A stretch of 64,000 nucleotides of DNA from Octopus sinensis. Its lineage: Eukaryota. Shown piece by piece: positions 50,251 through 62,672 of this stretch. Position numbers and translations under genes: made by a program. The DNA lies in assembly GCF_006345805.1 (NCBI RefSeq), contig NC_042997.1:91078001-91142000 (forward strand). The letters are read 5' to 3'. Within the stretch, counting starts at the first letter, position 1; every line of letters starts with the position of its first letter. Under the pieces are notes generated by a model. That model ran no database searches and had not been told where the DNA came from. It saw only the letters and a program-made list of their open reading frames with translations.

Positions 50251-50983
50251 GGTATCAGAAGAAAAATGTTTGTAAAGCAATAAAAGTTAAAAAACATAAG
50301 TGAGTTTTTTAAATGGCTTTATTGATTCAAAATGCCACACCATTTCATGGTTGTATTAGAAGGATGAATTATTACAATAATTATATTGTCTCTTTCATAT
50401 ACATCAATCCTCCAATCATCCAATCATTCATCAAATTCACATCTCTACCCTTTTACAGAGCTAACAATTGTCAATTCATTGAACTTTTGATATAATAATT
50501 AATTGATAAAGAACACAATTTGAATTGTGTAAATTCAAATAAATTTTTAAACTGTGGACCTTATATGCCAGTCAGATTTCTATTCATCTAAGCAAGTAAT
50601 GAATGAGAATATTAATTACTGAAATCAACTTTTTAAAAAATCTGGACTAATCGTGGGGAGAAAAGTGGAAGTAATCTAAGAAACTAATAAATCAGAAAAT
50701 CAACTATTGTTTGCAAAAAATAGGCAGGTAGTAAATATAACTTGACAATAACAACATATGTAGAAGTTCTGAATTGAGAGCAGATAGTTAATAATTTGTG
50801 AGTTAAGGACAACAAGGAAGGAATGAATGATTAAGAAAGAAGTTAATATTGATAAAAGTTGGGGTATATAATGGAAATTTTACACACCAGATCAATCCAA
50901 ACCAGTGCAGAATAGATAGAAAGCTATTCCAAATAAAATCTAAGTGGAAAGATTAAAATTTATTAGTTGAATGCAATACTTAC

Positions 50984-51074
50984 AGAAATCGAGGAGTTCG
51001 CAATATTTTGAAGCCACCCATTTGTAGAGGGAATACATCTTCAAGGTAAAAATAAAGGTGGCCAACCAAAATTC
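50984..51074 (-). CDS. DERL2: Derlin-2 exon (91 nt)
   Basis: ttatcag| and |GTAAGT; [31 protein letters not shown]. Confidence 0.95.
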
Positions 51075-51954
51075 CTGATAATAAAAACAAAAATCAACTG
51101 TATAATATCTCCAAAATAATATAAATTGTTTAAAATATAACTGACAATCATAGATTAATTGCAACATTCTCAAAGATTCCTTTGACAAAATCCATTTCTC
51201 AACCTCCAAAAGGTTAAAATCAAAACAAAATTTTTTTCTTTAAATCTTAAAAGCAATTTGAAATATTGATCAAAGTATATATATTTTTCTCTTTTAGATC
51301 TAATTTCTACCATTATGAGAAATCAAAGGTATATTTAATTTTGAAATTTAAAGTGAAGGTGGAGGCTACTTTTGTGCTTTCATGCAATAGGTCTTTCAGG
51401 ATCCTCTGATCTGACATATAGCAGTGTCTACTTTCACTAAGCTCAGTCATTTTCAACTGTGGTCTTATTTAAACCATTTCCTAGTTTGAAGAAAGTATAC
51501 TCTCTCTCGCTCATGAGAAGTTCTCATTTATGTGAGACATGTATCTTAGAGTATTGAAATATTCACTTGTAGTCTCAGTAGTTAATCACTGCTGCATTTC
51601 ATATGTGGCTGATCTGAAAGTTATTTGAAATTCTAATGGTCACAACCCATCCATTCTAGCATTGTCATCTGAGTGCTGGTTTCTTTTTTTGTCTTTTGTA
51701 CCTTGCACAGTATTTAAGTCTGCAGTATGGGCTACTTGTATTTCTTGGTTCCTTGCACCCACTGGAGCAAGTGGACTATGATGGAAAAGAACGTAATTGG
51801 CTGAGGACTGTCCAGCTTAAAGTAGGTAGGTAAATGTCCAGTAAGACACAATAGTTTCTCTCTCCACCAAAGAAGATCATGGTGTTATGTTCAATGCTAA
51901 TTGAGTGCAGGTTTATAGCCAGCAGATTTCTACCTTCCATGTTCTGCTGTGAAG

Positions 51955-52275
51955 GTGTGTTGCTTAGTGATTAGGGTATTTGGCCCACGATTGTATGATC
52001 ATCAGTTTGATTCCCACCAGCATGTTGTCGTCCTTGAGCAAGACACTTTATTTCACATTGCTCCAGCCCACTCAGCTGGCAAAAATGAGTAGTGACTGTA
52101 TATCAAAGGGCCAGCCTTGTCACATTCTGTGTGACACTGAATCTCCTTGAGAACTATATTAAGTGTTTGCATGATTGTGGATTGCTCAACCACTTGCACA
52201 TTTTAATTTCATGAGCAGGCTGCCCCACTGAACTGATCAACTGGAACACTTTCTGCCATAACCAAAGGTGTGTCA
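51955..52275 (+). mobile_element. Old tRNA-derived SINE of a third family
   Basis: gcttagtgattagggtatt head, then ccttgagcaagacactttatttcacattgctccag core. Confidence 0.55.
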
Positions 52276-52663
52276 GGTATGTTGTGCTGAGGTAACACTT
52301 GAATGTTGTCTCTCTGGTGCATGCCTAATCAAAGTTGAATGGAAGACCAACAGCAATTCACCCCTCTCCAGACCAATGTTGTTGTCTGAAAAAAGGGCAA
52401 ATGCTGGTATAACTTGGCACCGATAATGTTGGCCCAAAAGTTGCCAGAACAAAGTTGAGAACAACATTGAAAATTCAAAGCTGTGGTCCTTAGAGACCAT
52501 GGAGCTGCATATTTCATGAGGATTTACCCCAGTGGATTGGCTGCAAGTCAGTGATGGTCTGAAACCAAAGTTTGTCCTCTCTTAAATGAATTGCCTTCCC
52601 AGAATGACATGTTGCAATCACCTGAGGTATTGATTTTATATTCATAACGTTGATTTTACTTAC

Positions 52664-52862
52664 CCATAAGATCTACAGCAACAGAGTTACCTAACAGGAG
52701 AGAAAATGTCAGGAGTACCCATGGTAAATAAGGAGCCTGAAAATTTAGAAGACCAAAGAAATTCATTCTGACATAGGGATTTCGTCGACTCCAGATATAC
52801 ACCAGCATTATAGTGAAGGCATTTCCCAAGAAGGCGATATTTCCAATCAGTATTGTGTTTAT
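52664..52862 (-). CDS. DERL2: Derlin-2 exon (199 nt)
   Basis: [56 protein letters not shown]; G|GTAAGT donor. Confidence 0.95.
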
Positions 52863-55121
52863 CTTACAGAGATGTTAAGGGAAAAAGGATTATGTATTAC
52901 AGAAAAATTTTGTATAATTTTTAGACTAATTTATATAATTTATTATTCAATAGCAATGATAGCTTTTGTAGTATTCTTGTTTTTTTTTACAAACAACCAG
53001 AATGTCTTGTTAATTTATGAAAGCTATTTAGAGTGACATGAAAAAATAAAAATATTACATACCTGGGCTGGGATAAAACTTCCAAACTACTTATATAAAT
53101 CACTACTATATAAATATATTTCAAGCTGGGCTAGGACACAAAATACTTGATTTTTGACCTAGGGTTTGAGTGCTATTAAGTACTTTAATATTTGGATATG
53201 AGATTGCAGTTTAATAATAAAGAATGTTGAAACCTTGCAGTAAAAATAGATTTTGGAACTTAATATATCATTGTCTATCTATTACTGTCTATCAATGACA
53301 ACAAAATCTTTGGATTTATATGCTGCAATAATGCCTGTTTAATTGTCTAGCAGTCCTTCCTTTAACTGCAGTTGGTCTACATAGGCTAAAACTAAATTGT
53401 TACTTTTAATTTGGAAAATGAAGATATTGCAAGGGAGAAGTATTAGCAATTTTAATTAACAAGAAGCCCAACTCTGTATTTGTTATATGGGAAAGTAGGG
53501 TACCAGAAAATAGTAAATAATGAACTGATCAAAATGTGTAGAATAAAAGAAACATTAAAAAAATATGTTTAATAGTCTGGAAATTTAAAATTATTTTGAC
53601 AAGGCCCACAACTTTTTAAAAAGTCACTGCTTGTTTCTTCAATAGCATTTTGAAATGGAAGGTATTTTTTAAAGCAATTCTTTCTAGAAAATAATTATTG
53701 CGCGTGAGCCTTAGATTCTAAAATATGAACAGGACAACTATACCAGACTTATTATCAGTTACTTTACAGTTTAGTGTTACATAGTCAATGCTAGTTTTCT
53801 CAAAGGGATTTCTTATGCTCATAATGATATCCAACATAATACAAAAAAGAGTGTTGAAATGCACTTTTCTTCTCATAATGATAAAACCTAACTACATCAT
53901 TAGAAAAAATATTATCTCTATGAATTATTCTACAACATAACTAATTTCTGGCCTAACCAAAATCCAGCTACCTTATATAGTAGAGTTTTAAAGTGATAAC
54001 AATTACTTCACCAATTCCTTTCCTTCTTTTATTCACCTGCTCATATGTATGATCAATGGGGACTGATGAAAAATAACAATTGCATCCAGTTATCACATAG
54101 TATCCTTTTTACAAATTTTTCTTTAAAGGTACAAGGAATTTGAAGTAGAAAATCATAAGGTTGAACTTTTGCTCCTGATGTAACTGTATATGAGTGAGCT
54201 GGTGATGTGTATAAATGAGTAGCCAGAATTGTGCATTTGGTTTCTTTCAGTAAGCTATGACAATTCTGTCATCAAAGACCATCTCTACTTCAGAATGTAG
54301 CTTCAAAAAGTTGTCAAGAATTACAACAATAATTTGGTGAGCTTAAAACGTTTTCACTGAATCTGATGCTCTCAAAAACGATGTTGCTGCTACCTCTTAG
54401 TAATTTCAGGTTCTTTGAAAGTGTCAGACCACCTAGACCTACAGAAAAGATTCCTCACAGCAACCAACAGAGCAAATACAATGTGAAGCCCTCTCATACA
54501 AACTTCGTTTTAATAGTGTATTTGGAGATATTTTTTTTGTTCCCAAGTATTTTTGAATTAAATCTAAAATAACCTGATTATAAAAGATTTACAGTGACAT
54601 CACATACACAATACCTTATAGAAACAAAATAATTGAAGGCATGACTGCAGATCTTCACCGAAAAGCAAATGTTCAAATTGTATCAACAATTCAAATATTA
54701 GAGCTATTTGAATGTTATTGATTTTCTTGAGATTTATGGGCCCACGTGCTCCAAGGGCTCACAAGCTTCTTATTGCCCATTCAGGCTAGAGTTGTAATTT
54801 TGTTCTGTACCTTCAATGTTATAGTAAAAAGTAAACTTTTAAATCAATTTGAAACAAATATTAAAATTAGTCAAATTTGGCACCCCACTGTACTCCCCTG
54901 AGTAACCAAGTTAAAAAAAAAAGATATATACAATAGTATGTAATGTTAATAGATAACATTAGCTAATTAAAAATAATCAGCAAGCTGACAGTGGATAAAA
55001 AACAAAGATTTTTGAGAAGTGATATGCTGTCTACAAATCCATCAAACTCATACCAGCAAGAAAAAACACATTAAAAGAATGATAATGATATAAGTGTATA
55101 AATTCATTTAGTAAAGGATAC
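52863..55121 (-). other. U12-type (minor spliceosome) GT-AG intron
   Basis: 5' site GTATCCTTT at 55121-55113; branch sequence TTCCCTTAAC ending 11 nt before the end of the intron (terminal AG at 52864-52863). Confidence 0.9.
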
Positions 55122-55289
55122 AATCATTATAAATCCTCCAAAAAGAAACATAAAAAAGAAGTCAGATGTACGTCCCCGAAATGACCCTTCTTCCAGCATA
55201 CGGCAGTAACGATAGGCGAAAATTATGTTGAAAATAAAATTGAAGCCAATAGGTCCAAAATACATAAAATTGGTAAGAAGCCGCCATAT
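55122..55289 (-). CDS. DERL2: Derlin-2 exon (168 nt)
   Basis: tttccag| acceptor; [56 protein letters not shown] (WR motif; [14 protein letters not shown] is a Derlin-2/3 signature). Confidence 0.97.
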
Positions 55290-55664
55290 CTGGAAACAGA
55301 AAATATAAAAAATCATATTTAGGAATTTGCATATAATATATGTTGGATTTATGAACTGAGCATCAGTAAAATAGAAAATAAATTTAAAGAATGATTAAAA
55401 CAATGTAAATTTCAACTGATCAAAAATCTTATCAACAAACTTATAGCTGGATACAGCCTAAATTTCTTTTACCTTTTTTATATTAAGCTAAGGGAAGTTA
55501 ACTGGAAAGAGGAACAATAATATTACTAAACAATTCTGGAAATGCCATTTGTATTTCTTTGTTTATTTAGCACATTAATCGGTCAGATTCAGAGCTTTAG
55601 TGAAAAGGAAGACTGGTAAGCTCTGTAGAGTTTATCAACATTTAATAAATATAACTTCTGTATA

Positions 55665-56184
55665 TGAGGTCTAATCAAAAAGTATCTGGACTGCTGCTAT
55701 GGTAACAGCTGAAATATGCAGAGTGGAACTGCTTGGCACAGATTGACCATGAACTCTGTCACACACGCACACTCAATTATAATGTTCTCACACTCACTTC
55801 TGTTGTTTATAGCAACGCTTCAAAGTAAAGTGTGTAGAGTATGGCCACCTCACCACACCACAGAGATTCCATCAGTGACCACGGCAGAGAAAATATGCGT
55901 GTGTGGAAAGAGATGCAGCTTGAAGGTTAATACAGCCAAGAATCTTACCGAAATTCAAATCCCACTTGAAAGGAACAAGATTTCAAGACGTTGAGAATGT
56001 CAGGTGAGGAAGTTGCTCACTATCCCCAAAAAAGGAGCTCCAGGAATGCTTCCATCAATGAAAACAATGATGGATAGTGTCACTTCAGAAGGGGATTACT
56101 TTGAAGGAGATTAAATGTTGAATTGATGTGTGTTGCAGTTGTCTTTTTATAGCACAAATCCCAATACTCTTTGATCAGACCTTG
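55665..56184 (+). mobile_element. Internally deleted mariner element
   Basis: Imperfect TIRs (TGAGGTCTAATCAAAAAGTAT / ATACTCTTTGATCAGACCTTG) with TA flanks; remnant C-terminus LKGTRFQDVE...EGDYFEGD. Confidence 0.75.
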
Positions 56185-57078
56185 TATATGCAAAGAATAC
56201 TGAGGAAATAAATTAGCAATAATAGTTATGGTATTCTTGTTTCTATTCACTTTGACAGTTTTTCAGTCAACACTATAAGCATATCATGTAACTAGATTTT
56301 ATAGAAGTTATTTTTTTTTATGAATATATTGCTTAGTGAATTGCATTTTATTTCAAATTTAAAATTTTACAAAAAAAAATTTAAAAGAAAGAACTATTGT
56401 AATATTATTTCATTTTGGTAGAGTTACTTAGTCAAGAATAAATTCACACATACATATATGCAAGAGAAAGAGAAAGAGAGAAATAATGCATGGCAAGTGT
56501 TCTCCTCTAAAATAGTCACGGACTGACTGAAGCCTTGTAAGTGGAATTTGGTAGATGGAAAGTGAATGAAGGTGTGTGTGTGTGTATCAACTATTACCTT
56601 TTTCCAAGCCTATTAAAATTTCCTCATGACCAGACATGTTATTCAAAGAATCTAATGGCACCAGTTGTATGACAGTGTCTCTCATTTATAACAATCTCAT
56701 ATCAAAATGAACAGGCACAGACACATGAATATAAGAACAAACTAGAATTGCAGGAACTAGTGCTGAATAAACTATGTGCATGTATATGAACACTTTCATG
56801 TACACTCAAATGCAGGAAAACCATTAGTTACTGAAATGCTTTTGGGAGAAAAATTTCCTCATTGACAATATGTTGTGGAAAAACATTGGTCATAAGATGC
56901 ATGCATTTCTACATTGTTGTGGTGTCAGCTACAAATACCAAAACTGCTCTTCACAGCCCTGTGTATATACATATATACACACACATGTAGTCTTAATCGC
57001 ATTTGAGATTATTCAATTATTAAGGTTTGAAAAAAAACATGCTCATAGTAATATGATAGATACAAATAATATACTTAC

Positions 57079-57144
57079 TTGGTACTTTTTGAAAATCAAA
57101 TCTGGATTAAAGTATAATTGTAGTGGTGTTATTATATCTAATTT
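57079..57144 (-). CDS. DERL2: Derlin-2 exon 2 (66 nt); exon 1 not found in window
   Basis: cattttcag| and |GTAAGT; KLDIITPLQLYFNPDLIFKKYQ. Confidence 0.93.
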
Positions 57145-58113
57145 CTGAAAATGAAACCACATTGATATTAAAATCAAATATATTGTTACATTCAACATTA
57201 CTATTGCAAATTTTTAGAGAAGTTTAACACAAAAATGAAATGCCTATAATTCTATATCTAGTAAAATTGCAACACAGTTATTTAGAAATCATTAATAGAG
57301 CTTCTAAAATAAAGTAACAAAGATATGGGTATTTGCTCTTAATTTAATTCAGTTTAATTATTACTCTTATAAAAATGTAGCAAAAAGAGTTTCTACCTAA
57401 TCACTTAATTTATTCAATCTACCAAATTTTTTGCAGTCTTAAGGAGTAAAAGCCACATTTTAAATCATTTTCCTCTCACAGCTTAGTCTAAAAAGTAAAG
57501 GCTCCATGCATCATTAGATTGGAAGATAGAGACAATTGGGTTGGGTTAATAAGTTTTAATGTTAAGTTCAATAGTTAATAGATAATAAGCATAGTGATAG
57601 TGTCACAGAAAGATGCAGTAGTTGAGGAGAGTGGGAAAAATACCTAGCAATGAGACCCTAGGTACACTCAAATAATGAGGACTACTGAGAATGATCCTTT
57701 CCCAGAGGAGCAGCTGCAGAACACCTCCATAAGGCTGAAATTGAAAACAACCCAAAATGTATAGAGAAACTGTCTAAAATGTGTCTAATTGGCTGTCTAA
57801 AGCAGTGCACTTAGAATCTCTGTATAATGGAATGTGAAGACAAGAATTTATGGAAGCTGATTTTACAGTTAGATTCTATTTGATTAGAAGTCGTCATTAA
57901 AGAGACCAGAGAAGGTAGATTGAGTAGTGTACTTTGTCTATCTATGGGCAAAAAGAAAAGAAATATATAACAAGTTTTGAATATCTGAAATCATCAGGGA
58001 AAAAGCTCAACAAAATTGACATAGGCTACCAGGCCTGGATTACTTTGTTATCAGCAAATGAATGACCAAACTTGTAAATTTAAAATTCTAAAGAATTTTT
58101 GTTTTTGCAAAAA

Positions 58114-60146
58114 TAAGACAGGGAAAGCCCCCGGCCCATCAGGAGGCAGTGTTGGGTATAGCCTAGTCACCCGTATAGTTAACCAGGTGTTACATGAAGG
58201 AGTCATACCCAATGCTGGTGTAGCAGCACTATAGTTAACTGCTACAAAGGTAAAGGTGACATTTTAGATACAAATAATAGCGGTATCAAGTTGTTGGATC
58301 AGGTAATGAAGGTCATGGAGAGGGTCATAGCCCATGAGATGCAGTTTGGGTTCGTACCAGAGAAAAGCACCACTGATGATGCTATATTTCTGGTAAGACA
58401 GCTGTAGGAGAAATAGCTAGCCAAAGATAAACCTCTGTACCTCGCTTTCGTTGACAAGGAGAAAGCCTTTGAGAGGGACCCCTGATCCCTTATTTGATCA
58501 ATGAGGAAACTAAGGATAGATGAATGGTTAGTGAGAGTTATGCAAGCCATGTACAGAGACACTGTCAGTAAGGTGAAGGTTGGCAAAGAGTACAGTGAAG
58601 AATTTGGGGTAGAGGTAGGGGTCCACCAATGTTCAGTCCTCAGCCCCCTCCTATTTATCATAGTCCTCCGGGCAATAACAGAGGAATTCAAGACAAGATG
58701 CCTCTAGGAGCTCCTCTATGCTGATGACCTTGCTCTAATTGCTGAGTCACTATCAGAACTAGAGAAGTTTCAGGTGTGGAAACAAGGATTAGAATCGAAG
58801 GGCTTTAGAGTCAACCTCGCTAAAACCAAAGTCCTAATAAGTAGGAAGGCAGGCAAACCACAAATCCCTACAGGTAAATGGCTCTGCTTGATCTGTAGAA
58901 AAGGCATAGATAGAAACTCTATAAGATGTACCCAGTGTAAGCTATGGAAACATAAGAGGTGCAGTAATATCAAAGAAGGCTAACTGGGAAGATAGTTTTT
59001 GTATGTGGCAGATGCTCAGGAGCAATAAACACTGAAAATGTGCAGAGAACAACTTCCGCCACAGGGAGAAAAACTAAAAGTAGTTGATAGCTTCCATTAC
59101 CTAGGTGACCAGGTCAGTAGCAGGGGAGGGTGCATTGAAAGTGTAGCTGCTAGAATAAGAATAGCCTGGGAAAAGTTCAGAGAGCTCCTACCTCTGTTGG
59201 TCACAAAGGGCCTCTTGCTCAGAGTAAAACATAGACTGTATGATGCATGTGTACGAACAGCCATGCTACATGGCAGTGAAACATGGGCCATGACTGCTGA
59301 GGACATGCGTAAGCTCACAAGGAATGAATCGAGTGTGCATGTGTAATGTCAGTATGCATACTCAACAGAGTGTAAGTACCTTGAGACAAAAGTTGGACCT
59401 AAGAAGCATCAGATGTGGTATGCAAGAGAGACGACTGCGCTGGCATGGTCATGTGGTGAGAATGGATGAAGATAGCTGTGTGAAAAGGTGCTACGCCCTA
59501 GTGGTTGAGGGAACCTGTGGAAAAGGTAGACCCAAGAAGACCTGGAATGAGGTGGTGAAGCACGACCTTCAAACATTAGGCCTCACCGAGGCAATGACTA
59601 GTGACCAAGACCTTTGGAATTATGCAATGTGTGAGAAGACCCGGCAAGCCTATGCCAGGGGTGTAACCCGCCCACTTATGTGTACCTTTTCTTCAGTGGA
59701 CACTAAACTCTGCTTGCGAAGACCTGTTGAGGCAAGTGAAATTGAAATCAAATCAGATTCGCAAATTCAATGACTGCCACCTGTGCCAGTGGAGCGCTAA
59801 GAGCACCATCCAAGCGTGATCGCTACCAGAGCAGCTAACTGGCTTCCCTGCCGGTGGTACCTAAAAAGCACCATTAAAACGTGATCGTTACCAGCGTTGT
59901 CTTACTGGCAGTTATGCTGGTGGCACGTGAAAAACATTTGAGTGAGGTTGTTGCCTGTGCCACTGGACTGGCCCTCGTACTGGTGGCATGTAAAAGCACC
60001 CACTACACTCTCGTTAGGAAGGGCAACCAGCTGTACAAACTCTGCCAGATCAGATTGGAGCCTGGTGCAGCCATCTAGTTCGCTAATCAAATCGCTCAAC
60101 CCATGCCAGCATGGAAAGTCGACATTAAATGATGATGATGATGATG
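58114..60146 (+). mobile_element. 5'-truncated RTE LINE (RT, PHD-type finger, 3' UTR, GAT tail), defective
   Basis: QFGFVPEKSTTD, GVHQCSVLSPLLF, LLYADDLAL, CLIC..CTQC..HKRC..CGRC, DSFHYLG, LRWHGHV; ends (GAT)n. Confidence 0.92.
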
Positions 60147-60249
60147 TCTACTTCACTGAAAATAAAGTGCCAAAATTTGGACAGATTGGTGATAGGGTTT
60201 GAAAACTGCCAAGATTGTCTCTTATTTGATAAAGTTATTTAATAAACTT

Positions 60250-60274
60250 AATATATACATATATATACACACAC

Positions 60275-60312
<38 letters not shown>

Positions 60313-60316
60313 AGTG

Positions 60317-60359
<43 letters not shown>

Positions 60360-60457
60360 ATACATGTATATATATGTATGTATAAATAAATATATATATA
60401 TGTACGTACATATATATATAATACATATATATATATGTACATACATATATATATATA
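60250..60457. repeat. Compound (TA)n/(GT)n microsatellite
   Basis: Direct inspection. Confidence 0.9.
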
Positions 60458-61600
60458 GGGAGAGTTCACGAAAAAACAAAAGACGAAGACAGGTGGTGTA
60501 TAAAACAAACAGATGTATTAGTATAATGCTCAGGAATTGAAAAAAGTCTTTTACGTTTCGAGCCTACACTCTTCTACAGAAAGGGACACAGAAAAGAAAC
60601 AAGGAGAGAAAAAAAAATGTGTGTAGTGGCTACCGATCTATCAAGACCTCAAAACAACACTTACTGAAAGATAATATCCACCCTCACTTATAGACAAGGG
60701 AATTAAACGTGCCAAAAAATTAGACATAAAAACACTAAGAACAACAAAATATAACATTACACCTCATCTCAAAACATTACTATATATATCAACACACAAC
60801 CCCAGAAACAGTGAGGCATTCAACACTATTGTGCAAAATCTTCCTTTACTAACTAGAGATCCCAAAATGAACGACATCCTGAAAACACACAAATTCATGA
60901 AATGCAAAAAGTAACACAAATCGCTAAAGAGACTACTAACAAATGCGAAGCTTTATAAAACAACCATGAAACCAACGGTTCAAGAATGTGGATGCCCAAA
61001 CTGTGGAACCTGCACCACCTTACTTGAAGGCTCAGATTTCCTTTTCAAACAAGGACAGAGGTTCACAATTAAAACTAGTTTCACTTGTGCCTCTGAGAAC
61101 CTAATTTATGTAATAACCTGCTCAGGTTGTGGACACAACTATATTGGACCGACAAGTATGACCTTGAGAAAGAGAACCACTCCACATAAAGAGCAAATCC
61201 ATTTCCCGCAATACAGGCAGATAACATCAAACCAAATTACACAGCCTTCCCCTTCTACCAGTGCAAAGACACAATCTCTCCACAAGAACATTTAAATAAA
61301 GAAACTTTTTTCATTGAAAAATACAGAATACATCTTAATATGCATGCATAACCAACTTTTATCGTTTTACATATTTCAATCCACGATTACATCACTGTAC
61401 ATAAATCCCCTCACTAAACAAGTTTTCATAACCTTTTTTTTTGTCTGTACATTTATATTCCCATCTCCTTACCAAAAGCTGAACAGTTATCTCCCTTGCC
61501 CACAACAATAACAATAATAACGATAACCAATTACCTCAACTAATTTTTCTATGTGTGAAGTCATTCACTCGTAAATATCATCACACACAACATGGACAAC
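60458..61600 (+). mobile_element. Penelope-like element fragment (GIY-YIG endonuclease) with an adjacent terminal-repeat-like segment
   Basis: CGCPNCGTC...FTCASENLIYVITCSGCGHNYIG.T...LRKR..HK is typical of PLE GIY-YIG. 60458-60645 contains acgtttcg, a PLE-end-like motif. Confidence 0.85.
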
Positions 61601-61734
61601 ATTTTTTCTTAAGAAAATACATATTTAATTAAGTAAACCATAATATCATGAATAGCGAAAGCAAAACCAGTCAATATATTAAATGTTATATTAAAACTAT
61701 GTAAAGTGTGTGTATTTTCCTTTTTTAATTTCTG

Positions 61735-61765
<31 letters not shown>

Positions 61766-62672
61766 GACATATATCATCATCATTTAATGTCCGCTTTCCA
61801 TGCTAGCAGGGGTTGGACAAATGACTGAGGGCTGGCGAACCAGATGGCTGCACCAGGCTTATATATATACACACACACACACACACTAGGAGAGACACCT
61901 GGCATTGTTTGTAATTGAAATGGCTTAGTTTGTATGTAATATATTACAGTTATGTTGAAACAGGTGATATGGGAAAGTGCAGCATTGACAACAAAACATT
62001 TGTGGAGTAAATGATGGGCTAATTCGACTAACCAACATGCTATGGATCTGTTTGGAGTATTTCAGGCCCTAACCTGTAGGGGGTTATGTGATTTTTGAAC
62101 ACACCGAGAAGCTCTCAGTGAATATACTATCTTTTGCAGCAGTTAACGCTGTGTTTAATATGACTCATCATCTGAAATGTTGACACCTCCTTCGGGTTTG
62201 TTGTCCTACATTGCTCATATATTTATATATATATCTGTGTATGTATATATATATGTGTATATATATTTTTATGTGTGTGTATATATATATATGTGTGTGT
62301 GCGTTTATATATATATATGTGTGTGTGTATATGTATATACATATAAACAGATGTGTGTATTTTTCTCTGGTTAAGAATTAACACAGAAAAAATAGATAAA
62401 TCGTTACCTGGGTAGAAAAAAATCACACAAGAAAAAAGGTTGTAACCCCTTGTTTTTAAAGGTAGAAACTTCGGCTTTACGTGAAATATTTTGTATAATA
62501 TATATAAATAAATAAACGGAGTTAAACACAGGTGTTATTCAAATTCTTTTACTAATGACATATTTCGAATATATATCACTGGTATTATTCCAAAGGAATA
62601 AAATGGTGTAAAACAATGTAATCTTCTTTCATCATTTTGTGTTAAAATATCTTATTGACGAGTTTCATTTCT

